This document shows positions 39,752 to 50,061 of a stretch of DNA of 64,000 bases, piece by piece. Below the pieces are notes generated by a model. The model saw nothing but the letters and a program-made list of their open reading frames with translations, made no database searches and had not been told where the DNA came from. Positions within the stretch are counted from its first letter, which is position 1. Each line of letters begins with the position of its first letter. Location of the stretch: contig JAOAEL010000001.1 of assembly GCA_026416845.1 (NCBI GenBank), positions 318 through 64,317 of the forward strand, given 5' to 3'. This DNA is from Patescibacteria group bacterium (GTDB taxonomy: Bacteria; Patescibacteriota; Microgenomatia; UBA8517). A program made the position numbers and the translations under genes.

Positions 39752-40472
39752 AAAGAGATGCGGCTCTCAGACTTCGATTCACAATCAAAGCCTCAAAGCC
39801 GCACCCCTTTTGGGTAAGATGGGCATCCCCTAAAGAGTTGAATATGGGTATTTGGCAAGTAACGCATAAACTGACAAAAAGAGAAAATACCTTCACGCTT
39901 TATGAAAGCGCAAAAGCCAAAACCTTCCCCCTGAAGATAGCTTTCGACAGAATGTAGTAGCGGTCACAACAAGTGGCATGTTGGGCTACTCCTAAGCTTT
40001 TCCTCAGGAGTATTTGCCTCTCGTTATAAATGAGCCGTTGGAATTCACTTGCGTAAACTCAAGCCTTTCAAAGAAAGCTAGCTCATCAAGCTGAGTTATA
40101 TTCTTCTCAAGAGCAATTTTATTGTAGTACAAAATACTCAAATGGTCAGAACCATAAGACTTATACTTGGTTGGTTATTTTACCCTTTTATAAGGTTTTT
40201 ATGCTATCAAATATCTGGTGAAACACTTTTTCTCCATCCTCTATTGATTCACCTCTTGGGTAAAATACAAGTTTATATATTTTATCTTCAGCTTCCCAAA
40301 CATAAGCTCTGCAAATTGTCACACAATAAAGCGCGTTATAATAGTAAGCACTTAAACCAAGTTGTAAGGGGTTACTCAGTAAAAAGCCAGAAAAATCGAT
40401 ACAAAAAATAATTCGTCAAATGAATCAGAAAACCAAAACTTCATTTTTTTAATTATAAAGTAAAGTAAAGAA

Positions 40473-42377
40473 TCAACGACTAAATTCGTTAGCTTGATTT
40501 CTAAAATCAAAGTATCGTTGCCAATCTTCGTCTGAAATACGAGGAAACAAATATTTTAAAAACTCTCTAAATGCCAAGCTTTGAAGACAACGCTTCGTTT
40601 GGGGCTTAACTTTTTCCAAATAAAGCAAGGTGGATAATGCTAAATAGATATCTAGTATACAATATTTCTTGTTCTCATCAGTTATTTTAGTTGCAATATT
40701 GTTAATCACATCAACATCTTCACTACCAATACCCAAAGGACTTGCAAACTTAAGAAAAAGTTGACGGTCTGAACTGATCTTATGTAATTCCTCACTTAAA
40801 TCTTGATCACTTACTAAATATCGCTGTATATAATTGTCAAAGTGGCGTTGAACAGCTTCTTTGCAAATTGAAACTTGCTTATTAATGTATTCCATGCTAA
40901 TACCCATGTTCACTTTGTTCGATAGTTTGACCTGTAACGCTTTTAGGGCAAACAATGGTAAAATCATAGTCAAGCGTTGATTGTAAAATGAAACACGTCT
41001 ATTGTCAGGTTCAAAATGAATACCTTCAAACTGTTTTTTACCAAGTGAATGCCGTAGCAATTGTATTTGTAACTCTGCATCTAATATTGACAGCAAGTCT
41101 TCATCTTTATGAGAACTTAACAATATAGCAGTTTCCATTCTACTGACAATTCCTTTGATTATTTCGTCGTATAGATAACTTCCTAACCATTGTTTAAACT
41201 TAACCAAAGTATCATAGTAGTCGGGAAATTCATTCCTCAATAAACCTTGTAGTTGATCCAGATCTTCAACATCTATCACCTTTTTAGAAAATTCACGAAC
41301 TTTTTTGTTAAGTTCAAACTCTTGCTTAATGCTTGGTTCTTTTAGACCGGGAAGGCAAGCAAAGCGGTAAAAATCTCCAAGCACAGATCGGACATCCTGT
41401 TCAGATATTGCATCGGAATCAGGATAAGGAAATTCTACAGAACCAGCATATGTCCTATTATTTATCATCTCCAAAGTTTCCCTTTGGAATTTGGCTCTTT
41501 CTTTGGCAGCAGAAGTCCTCGCAGGATGATCCAAAACATGATCCAAATAAACCTCTGGGGAAAAAGAATAGCTTTCCAATTTAACCGATTGACGCAACTT
41601 TTCTATAAAACCCATTGAAGCTTGTTGCCACACTGGAGAATTTAGGCAAGTTAGCATCAATGCCCTAATTTCTTCCCTTTCTTTTTCATCTTGTATATTT
41701 CCAAGTTCAATTAAAAATGGAGGCAAAACTTGATCTTCAGGAATCGACTGGCACATTATGTCATATCGTATAGATCGAGCTAGATATGCCATAACCTGCT
41801 TTTTACGGTATTCAGTAATTCGAGAAAACAAAAACTGCCGATCTATCTCCTCAATTTTCACACTTTCTAACTTAATTTCATCACCCACTTTGTTTTTAAG
41901 CAGCAAAAAATTCGTGGCATTTTCTCCGTCTATACTTGAGAAAACACGCCAATTCACATTTGTGTCCTCTTCTATCCAAGATTCAAATTGATCACCAAAC
42001 AACTGCACTGCTTCCTCAAAACTAAGTATTCTAACTAATTCCCGTGTTCTTGCATCAGAAAAAATTTCCTTGCCGAAATTAAATCGAACAATCGCAAATT
42101 CTTTTTCAAACTCTTTTAACTTGTCCTCTGTTAGAAGTTCCGGCCTTTCTCGATAAAGTTTAGCCTGCTCTTCGTAATACTGATCCACCAACTTGGATCT
42201 TAAGGCCAAATGCTTCTTTACATCACCCTCATAAGGCTGAGGAGCAGAGTAAATATCTCCTCCAGAATCTAATTCACAATCTAACACCGGATCAACAAAA
42301 GGCACAAATTTACCTAAGGTATAATTTATGCACGCATTGCGTAATTCTGGCTGTGAAGCACTTTTCAAAGCCAACAT
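40473..42377 (-). CDS. Large (634 aa) hypothetical cytoplasmic protein with no recognisable domain
   Basis: Long ORF with host-like codon usage, predicted alpha-helical and without TM helices. Transcribed toward the GC-rich island. Confidence 0.55.
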   Translation of the reverse strand: MLALKSASQPELRNACINYTLGKFVPFVDPVLDCELDSGGDIYSAPQPYEGDVKKHLALRSKLVDQYYEEQAKLYRERPELLTEDKLKEFEKEFAIVRFNFGKEIFSDARTRELVRILSFEEAVQLFGDQFESWIEEDTNVNWRVFSSIDGENATNFLLLKNKVGDEIKLESVKIEEIDRQFLFSRITEYRKKQVMAYLARSIRYDIMCQSIPEDQVLPPFLIELGNIQDEKEREEIRALMLTCLNSPVWQQASMGFIEKLRQSVKLESYSFSPEVYLDHVLDHPARTSAAKERAKFQRETLEMINNRTYAGSVEFPYPDSDAISEQDVRSVLGDFYRFACLPGLKEPSIKQEFELNKKVREFSKKVIDVEDLDQLQGLLRNEFPDYYDTLVKFKQWLGSYLYDEIIKGIVSRMETAILLSSHKDEDLLSILDAELQIQLLRHSLGKKQFEGIHFEPDNRRVSFYNQRLTMILPLFALKALQVKLSNKVNMGISMEYINKQVSICKEAVQRHFDNYIQRYLVSDQDLSEELHKISSDRQLFLKFASPLGIGSEDVDVINNIATKITDENKKYCILDIYLALSTLLYLEKVKPQTKRCLQSLAFREFLKYLFPRISDEDWQRYFDFRNQANEFSR

Positions 42378-42587
42378 AGTCTATGTAATTTTTGCTAATA
42401 TGATATAAATCGCAAATTAGTTTCTAAACACACCTCAGAGAATATATAAAAAAATTATCATATTTTACACACCTAAAAACATCATTTATTTAACAAGCTA
42501 ACCTAAAATAATTAGAAATAATTAGCAACCTTTAAATAGCTCAATTACTAAAACCAGACATCACAACCACTCACGGTTTGACACAGG

Positions 42588-42661
42588 TGGATTTGGATGG
42601 ACTCGAACCATCGACCTCACGAATGTGAATCGTGCGCTCTAACCAGCTGAGCTACAAATCC
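42588..42661 (-). tRNA. tRNA-Val (anticodon CAC)
   Basis: Hand-folded on the minus strand. Acceptor GGATTTG/CAAATCC, anticodon stem CACGA/TCGTG with loop TTCACAT, T-loop TTCGAGT. Confidence 0.85.
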
Positions 42662-42784
42662 ATAAAATACATAAAATAACTAATCGTATTTTATTTTTTT
42701 AATATTATCTTTTCAAATTTGAGTAAACAAAAACAATAACCAGTGTCTTGATGCCAAACACAATTAAAAATTATAATCTAATGA

Positions 42785-43342
42785 ATGTTAAAAAAAGTCG
42801 GAACTATCATTTTTGATTTACTAGAAATTTTATTTTTTGCAATCTCGATATTTTTGTTTGTTTACTTGCTAATAATGCAACCTCATAGAATCAAAGGAAC
42901 ATCAATGTATCCTAACTTGCACGACGGAGAGTATCTTTTATCAGATAAAATTTCTTATAAATTTAGAAATCCTGCCCGTGGAGAGATAATTGTATTTAAA
43001 GCTCCTGGATCAAACGGTGAAGAATTCATAAAAAGAATAATTGGCTTGCCGGGTGAAGAAATTGGGCTAAAAGATGGCAAATACACAATAAACGGCAAAA
43101 CTCTAAATGAGAGTTACCTTCCTAGTGATCTGGTCACTAACGGCGGCAACTTTCTTTCTGAAGGCGAAACAGTGCTTATTCCCGAAAATAATTATTTCGT
43201 ATCAGGCGACAATAGACCGCTATCTTCAGATTCAAGAGCTTGGGGCTTTGTTGAAAAAGATAAAATTACAGGCAAAGCTTGGTTTATTTATTGGCCTTTA
43301 GAATCAATAGGCACGATCAAAAAAGTTAAATACAATTTTTAG
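42785..43342 (+). CDS. lepB: Signal peptidase I
   Basis: N-terminal TM helix, catalytic-Ser box GTSMYPNL, box-E-like GDNRPLSSDSRAWGFV. Confidence 0.85.
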   Translation: MLKKVGTIIFDLLEILFFAISIFLFVYLLIMQPHRIKGTSMYPNLHDGEYLLSDKISYKFRNPARGEIIVFKAPGSNGEEFIKRIIGLPGEEIGLKDGKYTINGKTLNESYLPSDLVTNGGNFLSEGETVLIPENNYFVSGDNRPLSSDSRAWGFVEKDKITGKAWFIYWPLESIGTIKKVKYNF

Positions 43343-43364
43343 TTTAGTATTTGCTCCTATAAAA

Positions 43365-44240
43365 TCAAACAACTTTTGCTGAATCGCCATCATTAACAAA
43401 TAGATTATAAAATTTTTCAAGTCTTCTCTCTGTCTCATTCAAATTGCCCTTAAATATTAATAAAATTCTTGTTTCTCTTTTTGTCCTTGTTAACTTAACA
43501 GATGTCTTTTTGCCTTCATCTAATGCATCACTAGAAAAAAATTTTGCTAGAGATTTTTCTATATGCTCAATTTTTTCTAAATCAGAAGGATCTTTCATTT
43601 GTACAGGCTTGGCTGCCGTTTCTTCATTTTCTTTAAAAAACTTCATCTTAAATCTTCTAGCTAATTCTTCAGCGCGACGAACAGAACCAGCTTCACGTAA
43701 AATAATCTTATAAGCCTCAATCATTTGAGTGGGATCTTCAATTGCGGCAAGCGCTCTAGCATGTCCTTCTGTAATCAATCCAGACAAAAGCCCATCCTTA
43801 ATGGCATCAGGAAGAGTTAGTAATCTTAACGAATTAGAAACATAGGCAACCGATTTGCCTATTCTAACAGAAATTTCTGATACAGAAAGTCCAAATTCAG
43901 TTTGCAATCTTTCAAAACCTTTAGCGCGATCAAGAGCATTTAAATCAACCCTTTGGACATTTTCCACAAGTGCCATCTCAAGCATACCCTTGGGCGAAGT
44001 TTCTCGAACAATTACAGGCACATGAGTAAAACCAGCTAGTTTGGCAGCTCTCCAACGTCTTTCTCCCGCAATTATTTGAAATCCAGCCGGAGTTTTGGCA
44101 ACAACAAGAGGTTCTAAAATCCCATGTTCTTTGATAGAGTCTACTAAATCTACAAGACTCTCAGCTGTAATAGTTCCACGGGGTTGAAGAGGATTGGGTT
44201 GAAGTAAATTTACATCAAGCTGAATAACCTCATCGACCAT
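43365..44240 (-). CDS. parB: Chromosome-partitioning protein ParB/Spo0J
   Basis: ParB box II GERRWRAAKLAG, an HTH region and a C-terminal dimerisation domain. Confidence 0.85.
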   Translation of the reverse strand: MVDEVIQLDVNLLQPNPLQPRGTITAESLVDLVDSIKEHGILEPLVVAKTPAGFQIIAGERRWRAAKLAGFTHVPVIVRETSPKGMLEMALVENVQRVDLNALDRAKGFERLQTEFGLSVSEISVRIGKSVAYVSNSLRLLTLPDAIKDGLLSGLITEGHARALAAIEDPTQMIEAYKIILREAGSVRRAEELARRFKMKFFKENEETAAKPVQMKDPSDLEKIEHIEKSLAKFFSSDALDEGKKTSVKLTRTKRETRILLIFKGNLNETERRLEKFYNLFVNDGDSAKVV

Positions 44241-44291
44241 ATATCTAAAGTATTTTAAAACAAAACATGCTTTTTTGTTAACATCTAAAAA

Positions 44292-44540
44292 TCAAGAAGC
44301 TATATAGACTATTTTCTTCCCGTGCTTTTGTGAAAATTTAACTCGCCCTGTTTTTAAAGCAAAAAGGGTATGATCTCTACCTAAACCGACTCCAACTCCA
44401 TTTTTGAAAACTGTGCCTCTTTGCCTTACCAAAACTTCACCAACATTTACCATTTGCCCATCAGAAACTTTGACTCCCAAATATTTCGGTTGTGGTCGTA
44501 TGTTTTGAGAAACTTTGCCTGCCGCTTTTTTATGTGCCAT
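44292..44540 (-). CDS. rpmA: 50S ribosomal protein L27
   Basis: MAHKKAAGK... and the [12 protein letters not shown] core. Confidence 0.9.
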   Translation of the reverse strand: MAHKKAAGKVSQNIRPQPKYLGVKVSDGQMVNVGEVLVRQRGTVFKNGVGVGLGRDHTLFALKTGRVKFSQKHGKKIVYIAS

Positions 44541-44565
44541 ATCTGTAAAATTAATTTAAAGTTGA

Positions 44566-44874
44566 TTAAGATAATTTTGCTACTTTTAATCTTGTGTACT
44601 GTGGCCTAAAACCAATTTTTTTTCTGTATCTAGACTTTGCTTTATATTTCATAACATAAATTTTTTTGCCTTTTTCTAAATCATTTACAATTTCAAGATT
44701 AACTTCTTTGTCTAAAGTGGGTGTCCCAATTTGAACTTTTCCGTCACTAACACTCATTAGAACTTGGGCCTTGATTTCCTCTTGTGATTTTATTTTATTA
44801 ACAAAAATCTCATCACCTTCTTTTACTTTAAATTGCTGACCAGATATTTTTATCACTGAGTAATTCATAAACAT
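44566..44874 (-). CDS. rplU: 50S ribosomal protein L21
   Basis: YSVIKISGQQFKVKEGDEI N-terminus. Sits upstream of rpmA, as in the canonical rplU-rpmA operon. Confidence 0.85.
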   Translation of the reverse strand: MFMNYSVIKISGQQFKVKEGDEIFVNKIKSQEEIKAQVLMSVSDGKVQIGTPTLDKEVNLEIVNDLEKGKKIYVMKYKAKSRYRKKIGFRPQYTRLKVAKLS

Positions 44875-44915
44875 TTTGTATTTTAAAGTAAATGCAAACT
44901 AAAAACAAGCAAAAA

Positions 44916-46031
44916 TCATCTTCTTAGCATAGATAAAAAAATTCCTAAAATAATACTCGTACCCAATAAAGCAGAACCTCCTGCAGATACCAAAGGCAAA
45001 GGCAAACCTGTCACTGGTAATAAACCAAGATTCATGCCTATATGAACTGAAGTTTGAGCAAATAAAGAAACAAATACGCAACTGGCAAAACACCTGCGCG
45101 AAGTCTGTCTGGCAATGCTTTGAATTTGAAGAATCAACCAAAAAAACACAGAAAAAAGCGCTAATATAGCAAAACTTCCAATAAAACCTAGTTCTTCGCC
45201 TATTGCGGCAAATATAAAATCAGTGTGTCTTTCGGGTAAAAAAGCAAGTTGTGTTTGCACGCCTTTACCTAAACCTCTACCAAAAATTCCACCAGACGCA
45301 ACAGATATCATTGATTGTATGCTATTGTAGCCTTGTCCCAAAGGATCAAACCATGGATTCAAAAAAGCGGTAATGCGATCTTTTTGATAAGGAGCTAAAA
45401 TCAACCAAAAAACCGGTAACAGAATAACTAAAATTGCCAAAAGAAAAACAAATTGTTTTACAGGAATGCCCCTACCCAATAAAGCTCCCAAAAAACCAAC
45501 CAATGTAATTATCGCAACTCCTAAAGAAGGTTGAAAAAAAATTAGAATCAAAGGCAGAAAAAGCGTTCCAAAAAAAAACAAAAATTTTCTAATAGACATT
45601 TTTTTTATCTTTGCAATTTGCACTGAAGCAAACAAAAAAAGGAACGGCTTTGCAATTTCAGATGGTTGCAAGGTATAACCACCAAATTCAACCCATCTAA
45701 CAGCTCCTCTTGTAACTTGTCCAAAAATAATAGGCAACAAAAGCAATATTATGGAGAATAAATACAAATGGGTTGAAAAAATTTCCAAAATTTCAAAATC
45801 AATAAAATAAAATACTAAAAATGCGATAATAGCCAAAATAACATAGAAATAATAAGCAGGAAATAAAAATGAAGCTATTGAATTTAAAACAAAAATTGAA
45901 AAAATGACCAAGGAAATAGAAACTCCAACAATCATCTTACCCACCAAAGGCAAAGAATTTATATTCATAGAGCTAAAAAGGAGACTATAAGCGAGTAACA
46001 GCAAAGTTTCCTTTGGAAATGTTTTTAGCAA
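44916..46031 (-). CDS. rodA: SEDS-family peptidoglycan glycosyltransferase, RodA-like (the second SEDS paralog in the window)
   Basis: 10-TM SEDS topology and the AFLPERHTDFIFAAIGEELGFIGS motif. It lies outside the dcw operon, so it is more likely RodA than FtsW. The 5' end overlaps the ileS 3' end by 47 nt. Confidence 0.75.
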   Translation of the reverse strand: MLKTFPKETLLLLAYSLLFSSMNINSLPLVGKMIVGVSISLVIFSIFVLNSIASFLFPAYYFYVILAIIAFLVFYFIDFEILEIFSTHLYLFSIILLLLPIIFGQVTRGAVRWVEFGGYTLQPSEIAKPFLFLFASVQIAKIKKMSIRKFLFFFGTLFLPLILIFFQPSLGVAIITLVGFLGALLGRGIPVKQFVFLLAILVILLPVFWLILAPYQKDRITAFLNPWFDPLGQGYNSIQSMISVASGGIFGRGLGKGVQTQLAFLPERHTDFIFAAIGEELGFIGSFAILALFSVFFWLILQIQSIARQTSRRCFASCVFVSLFAQTSVHIGMNLGLLPVTGLPLPLVSAGGSALLGTSIILGIFLSMLRR

Positions 46032-48771
46032 GCGTTTTTTTCTTTATTTCTTCTTCAAATTCTTTAGGCCAATCTGGAAGACTTACATTGACCATTTCGT
46101 CAAGCGATGTGCCTAATCTCTTGCGTTCGTCTTGAATTAGCCTAATTATTCGTCTTGCTTCGCCTTCCGCTTTTAACTCTTTGGTAAGTGTGGTATCAAG
46201 ATGAACTTCAAGCCTCCCACCCTTTTTTTGATGTGTCCATTTTTTTACATTAACTTCATCTTTGATTATATCGCTAAAATCAAAAGAAAAATCAAAAGGA
46301 CCACATGAAGCTAAACTACTTAAAGGTTGCTTCACTGGCTGTCCAGCATCCTTTCTTATAGCATGCGCTTTTTCAACAATCTCGCGAACATAATTCATCT
46401 GAATAATCAAACTATTTTCATCTTCCGACAAAGTCTGTGACTTTGGCCAATCAGCCAAATGAACAGACTTCTCTTTCGTCAAATTTAGATACATAACTTC
46501 AGACAAAAATGGCATAAAAGGAGCAAGCAATTTCGACAAAACAACAAGTACTTGATGCAAGGCATTCAAAAATGCTAAATTAGTTTCACCTCTGGAACGC
46601 CTTATATACCATTGTGACAAATCTTTTGTTACAAAAGATTCTATTATCTGAGTAGCTGAATAAATATCATAATTGTCAAGACTTACGGTCACTTCAGAAA
46701 CAACTTGATTTAATCTTGCCAAAATCCACTTATCCAACAATCTTTTTTCTATTTTTACGGAAGAAGGTCTCCAGTTTCTAAGATTTGCATAAGTAACAAA
46801 GTAGTTATAACAATTCCAAAGCACCAAAATAAACCTTTTAGTAACATTTTTAACTAAATCTATAGAAAACCTAAAGCTAGGTCCGGGTGAAATTACCGAA
46901 TAGAAATACCAACGAGTTGCATCTGCGCCAACTTCGTTAAACACTGTCCATGGGTCAACAACATTGCCCTTTGACTTGCTCATTTTGTTGCCGTTTTCGT
47001 CTAGAACATGTCCATAACAAATTGAAGTTTTGTAAGCTGGACCTTTCTCCAACAAAGCCGAGACTGCCAACAATGTATAAAACCAACCTCTGGTTTGATC
47101 AACCGCTTCTGATATAAAGTCGGCGGGGAAATGTTTTTCAAAATTTTCTTTGTTCTCAAATGGGTAATGCCACTGAGCATATGGCATAGCTCCAGAGTCA
47201 AACCAACAATCTAAAACAAATGGGACACGAGACATTGTACCTTTGCACTTTAAACATTTAAACTTAACCTCATCTATAAACGGCCTGTGCAAATCCAAAC
47301 CAGATAAATCTTTACCGACAAAATCGGATAGTTCTTTAACGCTGGCAATAACCAGAGTATATTTGCAACTATCACACCGCCAAACAGGAAGCGGAGTGCC
47401 CCAATAACGATTTCTGGAAAGTGCCCAATCACGATTATTTGAAAGCCATTCCCCCATCCTGCCATTTTTTATGTTATCGGGAATCCAGTTTACAAGTTGA
47501 TTATTTTTAACAAGATCATCTTTCACTGCAGTTGTTTTCAAATACCATGAAGTCATGGCATAGTACAAAAGGGGAGTTGAGCATCGCCAACAAAAAGGAT
47601 AAGTGTGTTTGATAGTTTCGCTTTTAAATACTCTGCCTTTTGATGTCAAATGTTTTATGATTTCGCCATCAACATCTTTGACAAATCTTCCTTTCCAATT
47701 TTGCACCTCATCCACAAACTCACCCCTCTCATTCACCACATGCTTTTTGGGCAAATCATATTTAGTACCTAATTTGAAATCTTCTTCACCATACATCACT
47801 GCAATATGAACAATTCCAGTGCCTTCTTCCATTGACACAAAATCCGCCAAAAGAACATAATGAGATTTTTTGTCGTATTTTACGTCAAAAAGAGGCTCAT
47901 ATTCTAAACCCGCAAGATCTTTACCTTTAAAAACAGATACAATTTCTCCAACTATGCCCAAATGCTTCACAAGTTTTTTAGCAAATATCAAACTCTCATT
48001 TCCAACAAGCACTTTTACATATTCCTCATTTTCATCAACTGCCAAAGCGACATTACCTGGTAGTGTCCAAGGGGTAGTAGTCCATGCTAAAAGGTATGTG
48101 TTTTCTTCTTTTTTTAATTTAAATTTAATATAAACTGACGGATCCTCCACATCATCCTTGTATCCCATCGCAAGTTCATGCGAAGAAAGAGAAGTGCCAC
48201 ATCTTGTACAATAAGGAACTACTTTATAGTCTTCATAAAGCCAACCTTTGTTCCAAATTTCCTTCAATATCCACCAACAACTTTCAATATAATCATTATT
48301 CATTGTTTCATACGGTTGACTCAGATCTATCCAAAATCCAAGCCTTTTTGTAACTTTCTCCCATTCTTCAACATATTCATAAACACTCTCTCGACAAAGC
48401 TTATTAAATTTTTCAATTCCATAATTCTCAATTTGCGGCTTCCCTGATATTCCAAGCTTCTTTTCAACTTCTATTTCAACAGGCAAACCATGACAATCCC
48501 AACCACCTTTTCTTTCGCAATGAAAACCTTTCATAGTTTTGTAACGAGGAATAATATCTTTAAAAGAACGCCCTTCCACATGATGAATACCGGGCTTGCC
48601 ATTGGCAGTTGGCGGCCCTTCATAAAAAATAAATTTTTGAGCATTTTTAGTCTTCTCCAACGATTTTTCAAATATTTGATTTTTATTCCAATATTCCAAA
48701 ATTTTTTCTTCTTGTTCAACAAAATTGACCTTAGGATCAACAGGACTAAAATAAGAAGAAGTTTTAGACAT
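45985..48771 (-). CDS. ileS: Isoleucyl-tRNA synthetase
   Basis: HIGH-type motif (PPTANGKPGIHHVEG) and KMSKS motif (KMSKSKGN). 928 aa with an editing domain. Confidence 0.9.
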   Translation of the reverse strand: MSKTSSYFSPVDPKVNFVEQEEKILEYWNKNQIFEKSLEKTKNAQKFIFYEGPPTANGKPGIHHVEGRSFKDIIPRYKTMKGFHCERKGGWDCHGLPVEIEVEKKLGISGKPQIENYGIEKFNKLCRESVYEYVEEWEKVTKRLGFWIDLSQPYETMNNDYIESCWWILKEIWNKGWLYEDYKVVPYCTRCGTSLSSHELAMGYKDDVEDPSVYIKFKLKKEENTYLLAWTTTPWTLPGNVALAVDENEEYVKVLVGNESLIFAKKLVKHLGIVGEIVSVFKGKDLAGLEYEPLFDVKYDKKSHYVLLADFVSMEEGTGIVHIAVMYGEEDFKLGTKYDLPKKHVVNERGEFVDEVQNWKGRFVKDVDGEIIKHLTSKGRVFKSETIKHTYPFCWRCSTPLLYYAMTSWYLKTTAVKDDLVKNNQLVNWIPDNIKNGRMGEWLSNNRDWALSRNRYWGTPLPVWRCDSCKYTLVIASVKELSDFVGKDLSGLDLHRPFIDEVKFKCLKCKGTMSRVPFVLDCWFDSGAMPYAQWHYPFENKENFEKHFPADFISEAVDQTRGWFYTLLAVSALLEKGPAYKTSICYGHVLDENGNKMSKSKGNVVDPWTVFNEVGADATRWYFYSVISPGPSFRFSIDLVKNVTKRFILVLWNCYNYFVTYANLRNWRPSSVKIEKRLLDKWILARLNQVVSEVTVSLDNYDIYSATQIIESFVTKDLSQWYIRRSRGETNLAFLNALHQVLVVLSKLLAPFMPFLSEVMYLNLTKEKSVHLADWPKSQTLSEDENSLIIQMNYVREIVEKAHAIRKDAGQPVKQPLSSLASCGPFDFSFDFSDIIKDEVNVKKWTHQKKGGRLEVHLDTTLTKELKAEGEARRIIRLIQDERKRLGTSLDEMVNVSLPDWPKEFEEEIKKKTLAKNISKGNFAVTRL

Positions 48772-48813
48772 AAATAAACTTGTACATATTATAGCTTTAA
48801 CTTAAAAAAATTC

Positions 48814-50013
48814 TTATTTATTCATATTCCTCAAAAAGGCAGGGATTTCAAACTTCTTATCAAGGGAGTTTCCATCATCTAAGTCTTCAAAATCTTCATC
48901 GCTCCTATCTTCACGATCATTTAAATCCATTCGATTTGCTTTTGGAGATTCACTCACAACACCCTGCAACATAGACATTCTTGGAGAAACCATTTGAGAT
49001 ATCCTTGCTCTAGACTCATCAAAACCTGTAGCAACAACAGTTACATGTATTTGATCACTTAGATCTTCTTTTATTACTGCGCCAAAAATTATATTTGCAT
49101 CTGGATCTGCTGCTGAAGATATTATTCTTGCAGCTTCATCAACTTCAAACATTGTTAAATCATTGCCACCAGTAATATTAAACAAAACACCTGTTGCTCC
49201 TTCTATCGAAAGATCAAGTAAAGGAGATGCTATAGCCGCCCTAGCCGCCATTTGAGCTCGATTTTCTCCTACACCAGTACCAATACCCAAAAGAGCAGTT
49301 CCAGCATCTTTCATAATAGTTCGAATATCAGCAAAATCAACATTAATCATTCCTGGTGTAACTATAATATCTGCAATACCTTTAACAGCCTGACCAAGCA
49401 CTGAATCTGCAACCTTAAAAGCGTCCAACAAAGTTGCCTTTTTATCAATAACATCCATCAATCTTTGATTTGGAATAATAATTAAGGTATCGACAGCTTC
49501 TCTAAGCTTTTCTATTCCACTTTCAGCAAACGATTGTCTTTTTGCACCTTCAAAATCAAAAGGTTTAGTAACAACACCAACAGTTAAAGCGCCAGATTCT
49601 TTTGCAACTCTAGCTACTATAGGAGAAGCTCCTGTACCTGTTCCACCACCCATACCTGCTGTCACAAATACCATATCAGAATCTAATACAAGTTCTTTTA
49701 TTTTTTCTATTGATTCTTCTGCCGCTTGTTCGCCAATTTTCGGATTACCACCAGCTCCAAGACCACGAGTTAACTTGTCTCCTATTTGAAGTTTAACAGG
49801 GGCTTTGCTCGATAATAAAACTTGAGCATCTGTATTTATTGAAATAAATTCAACTCCACTTACAACCCCACTTTCAATCATCGAAGAAATAGCATTGCCA
49901 CCACCTCCACCAACACCTATTACTTTAATTTTTGCTATCTTAGCAGCATCGGGTTTTACTAATCCCATAAATAACCTCAACTCTTCTATAACACATAGAA
50001 GATTTGTAATCAA
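48814..50013 (-). CDS. ftsZ: Cell-division GTPase FtsZ
   Basis: Tubulin signature GGGTGTG and a T7 loop, with an acidic C-terminal tail. Confidence 0.9.
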   Translation of the reverse strand: MITNLLCVIEELRLFMGLVKPDAAKIAKIKVIGVGGGGGNAISSMIESGVVSGVEFISINTDAQVLLSSKAPVKLQIGDKLTRGLGAGGNPKIGEQAAEESIEKIKELVLDSDMVFVTAGMGGGTGTGASPIVARVAKESGALTVGVVTKPFDFEGAKRQSFAESGIEKLREAVDTLIIIPNQRLMDVIDKKATLLDAFKVADSVLGQAVKGIADIIVTPGMINVDFADIRTIMKDAGTALLGIGTGVGENRAQMAARAAIASPLLDLSIEGATGVLFNITGGNDLTMFEVDEAARIISSAADPDANIIFGAVIKEDLSDQIHVTVVATGFDESRARISQMVSPRMSMLQGVVSESPKANRMDLNDREDRSDEDFEDLDDGNSLDKKFEIPAFLRNMNK

Positions 50014-50061
50014 GGGAAACTAATTAAAAAATACGCGACAAAACAAAAACAAATTTAAAAC

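Noticed and set aside
39150-40130. Tried to assign the GC-rich island to RNase P RNA, tmRNA, SRP RNA, 6S RNA or SAM/TPP/cobalamin riboswitches
   Set aside because: None of these was found on either strand: the P4/CR-I AGGAAAGTCCGGGC and CR-II GGGTGAAA...GTAAGAGCGCACC motifs, a tmRNA T-arm (GGTTCGAATCC) with a tag reading frame ending in ALAA, the SRP GGAAGCAGC motif, and the TPP CTGAGA box. The region stays unassigned rather than given a name.
40142-40411. 89-aa plus-strand ORF between the GC island and the 634-aa gene
   Set aside because: No motif, odd composition (His/Leu/Tyr-rich, basic tail), no RBS, and it lies in a spacer. Most likely spurious.
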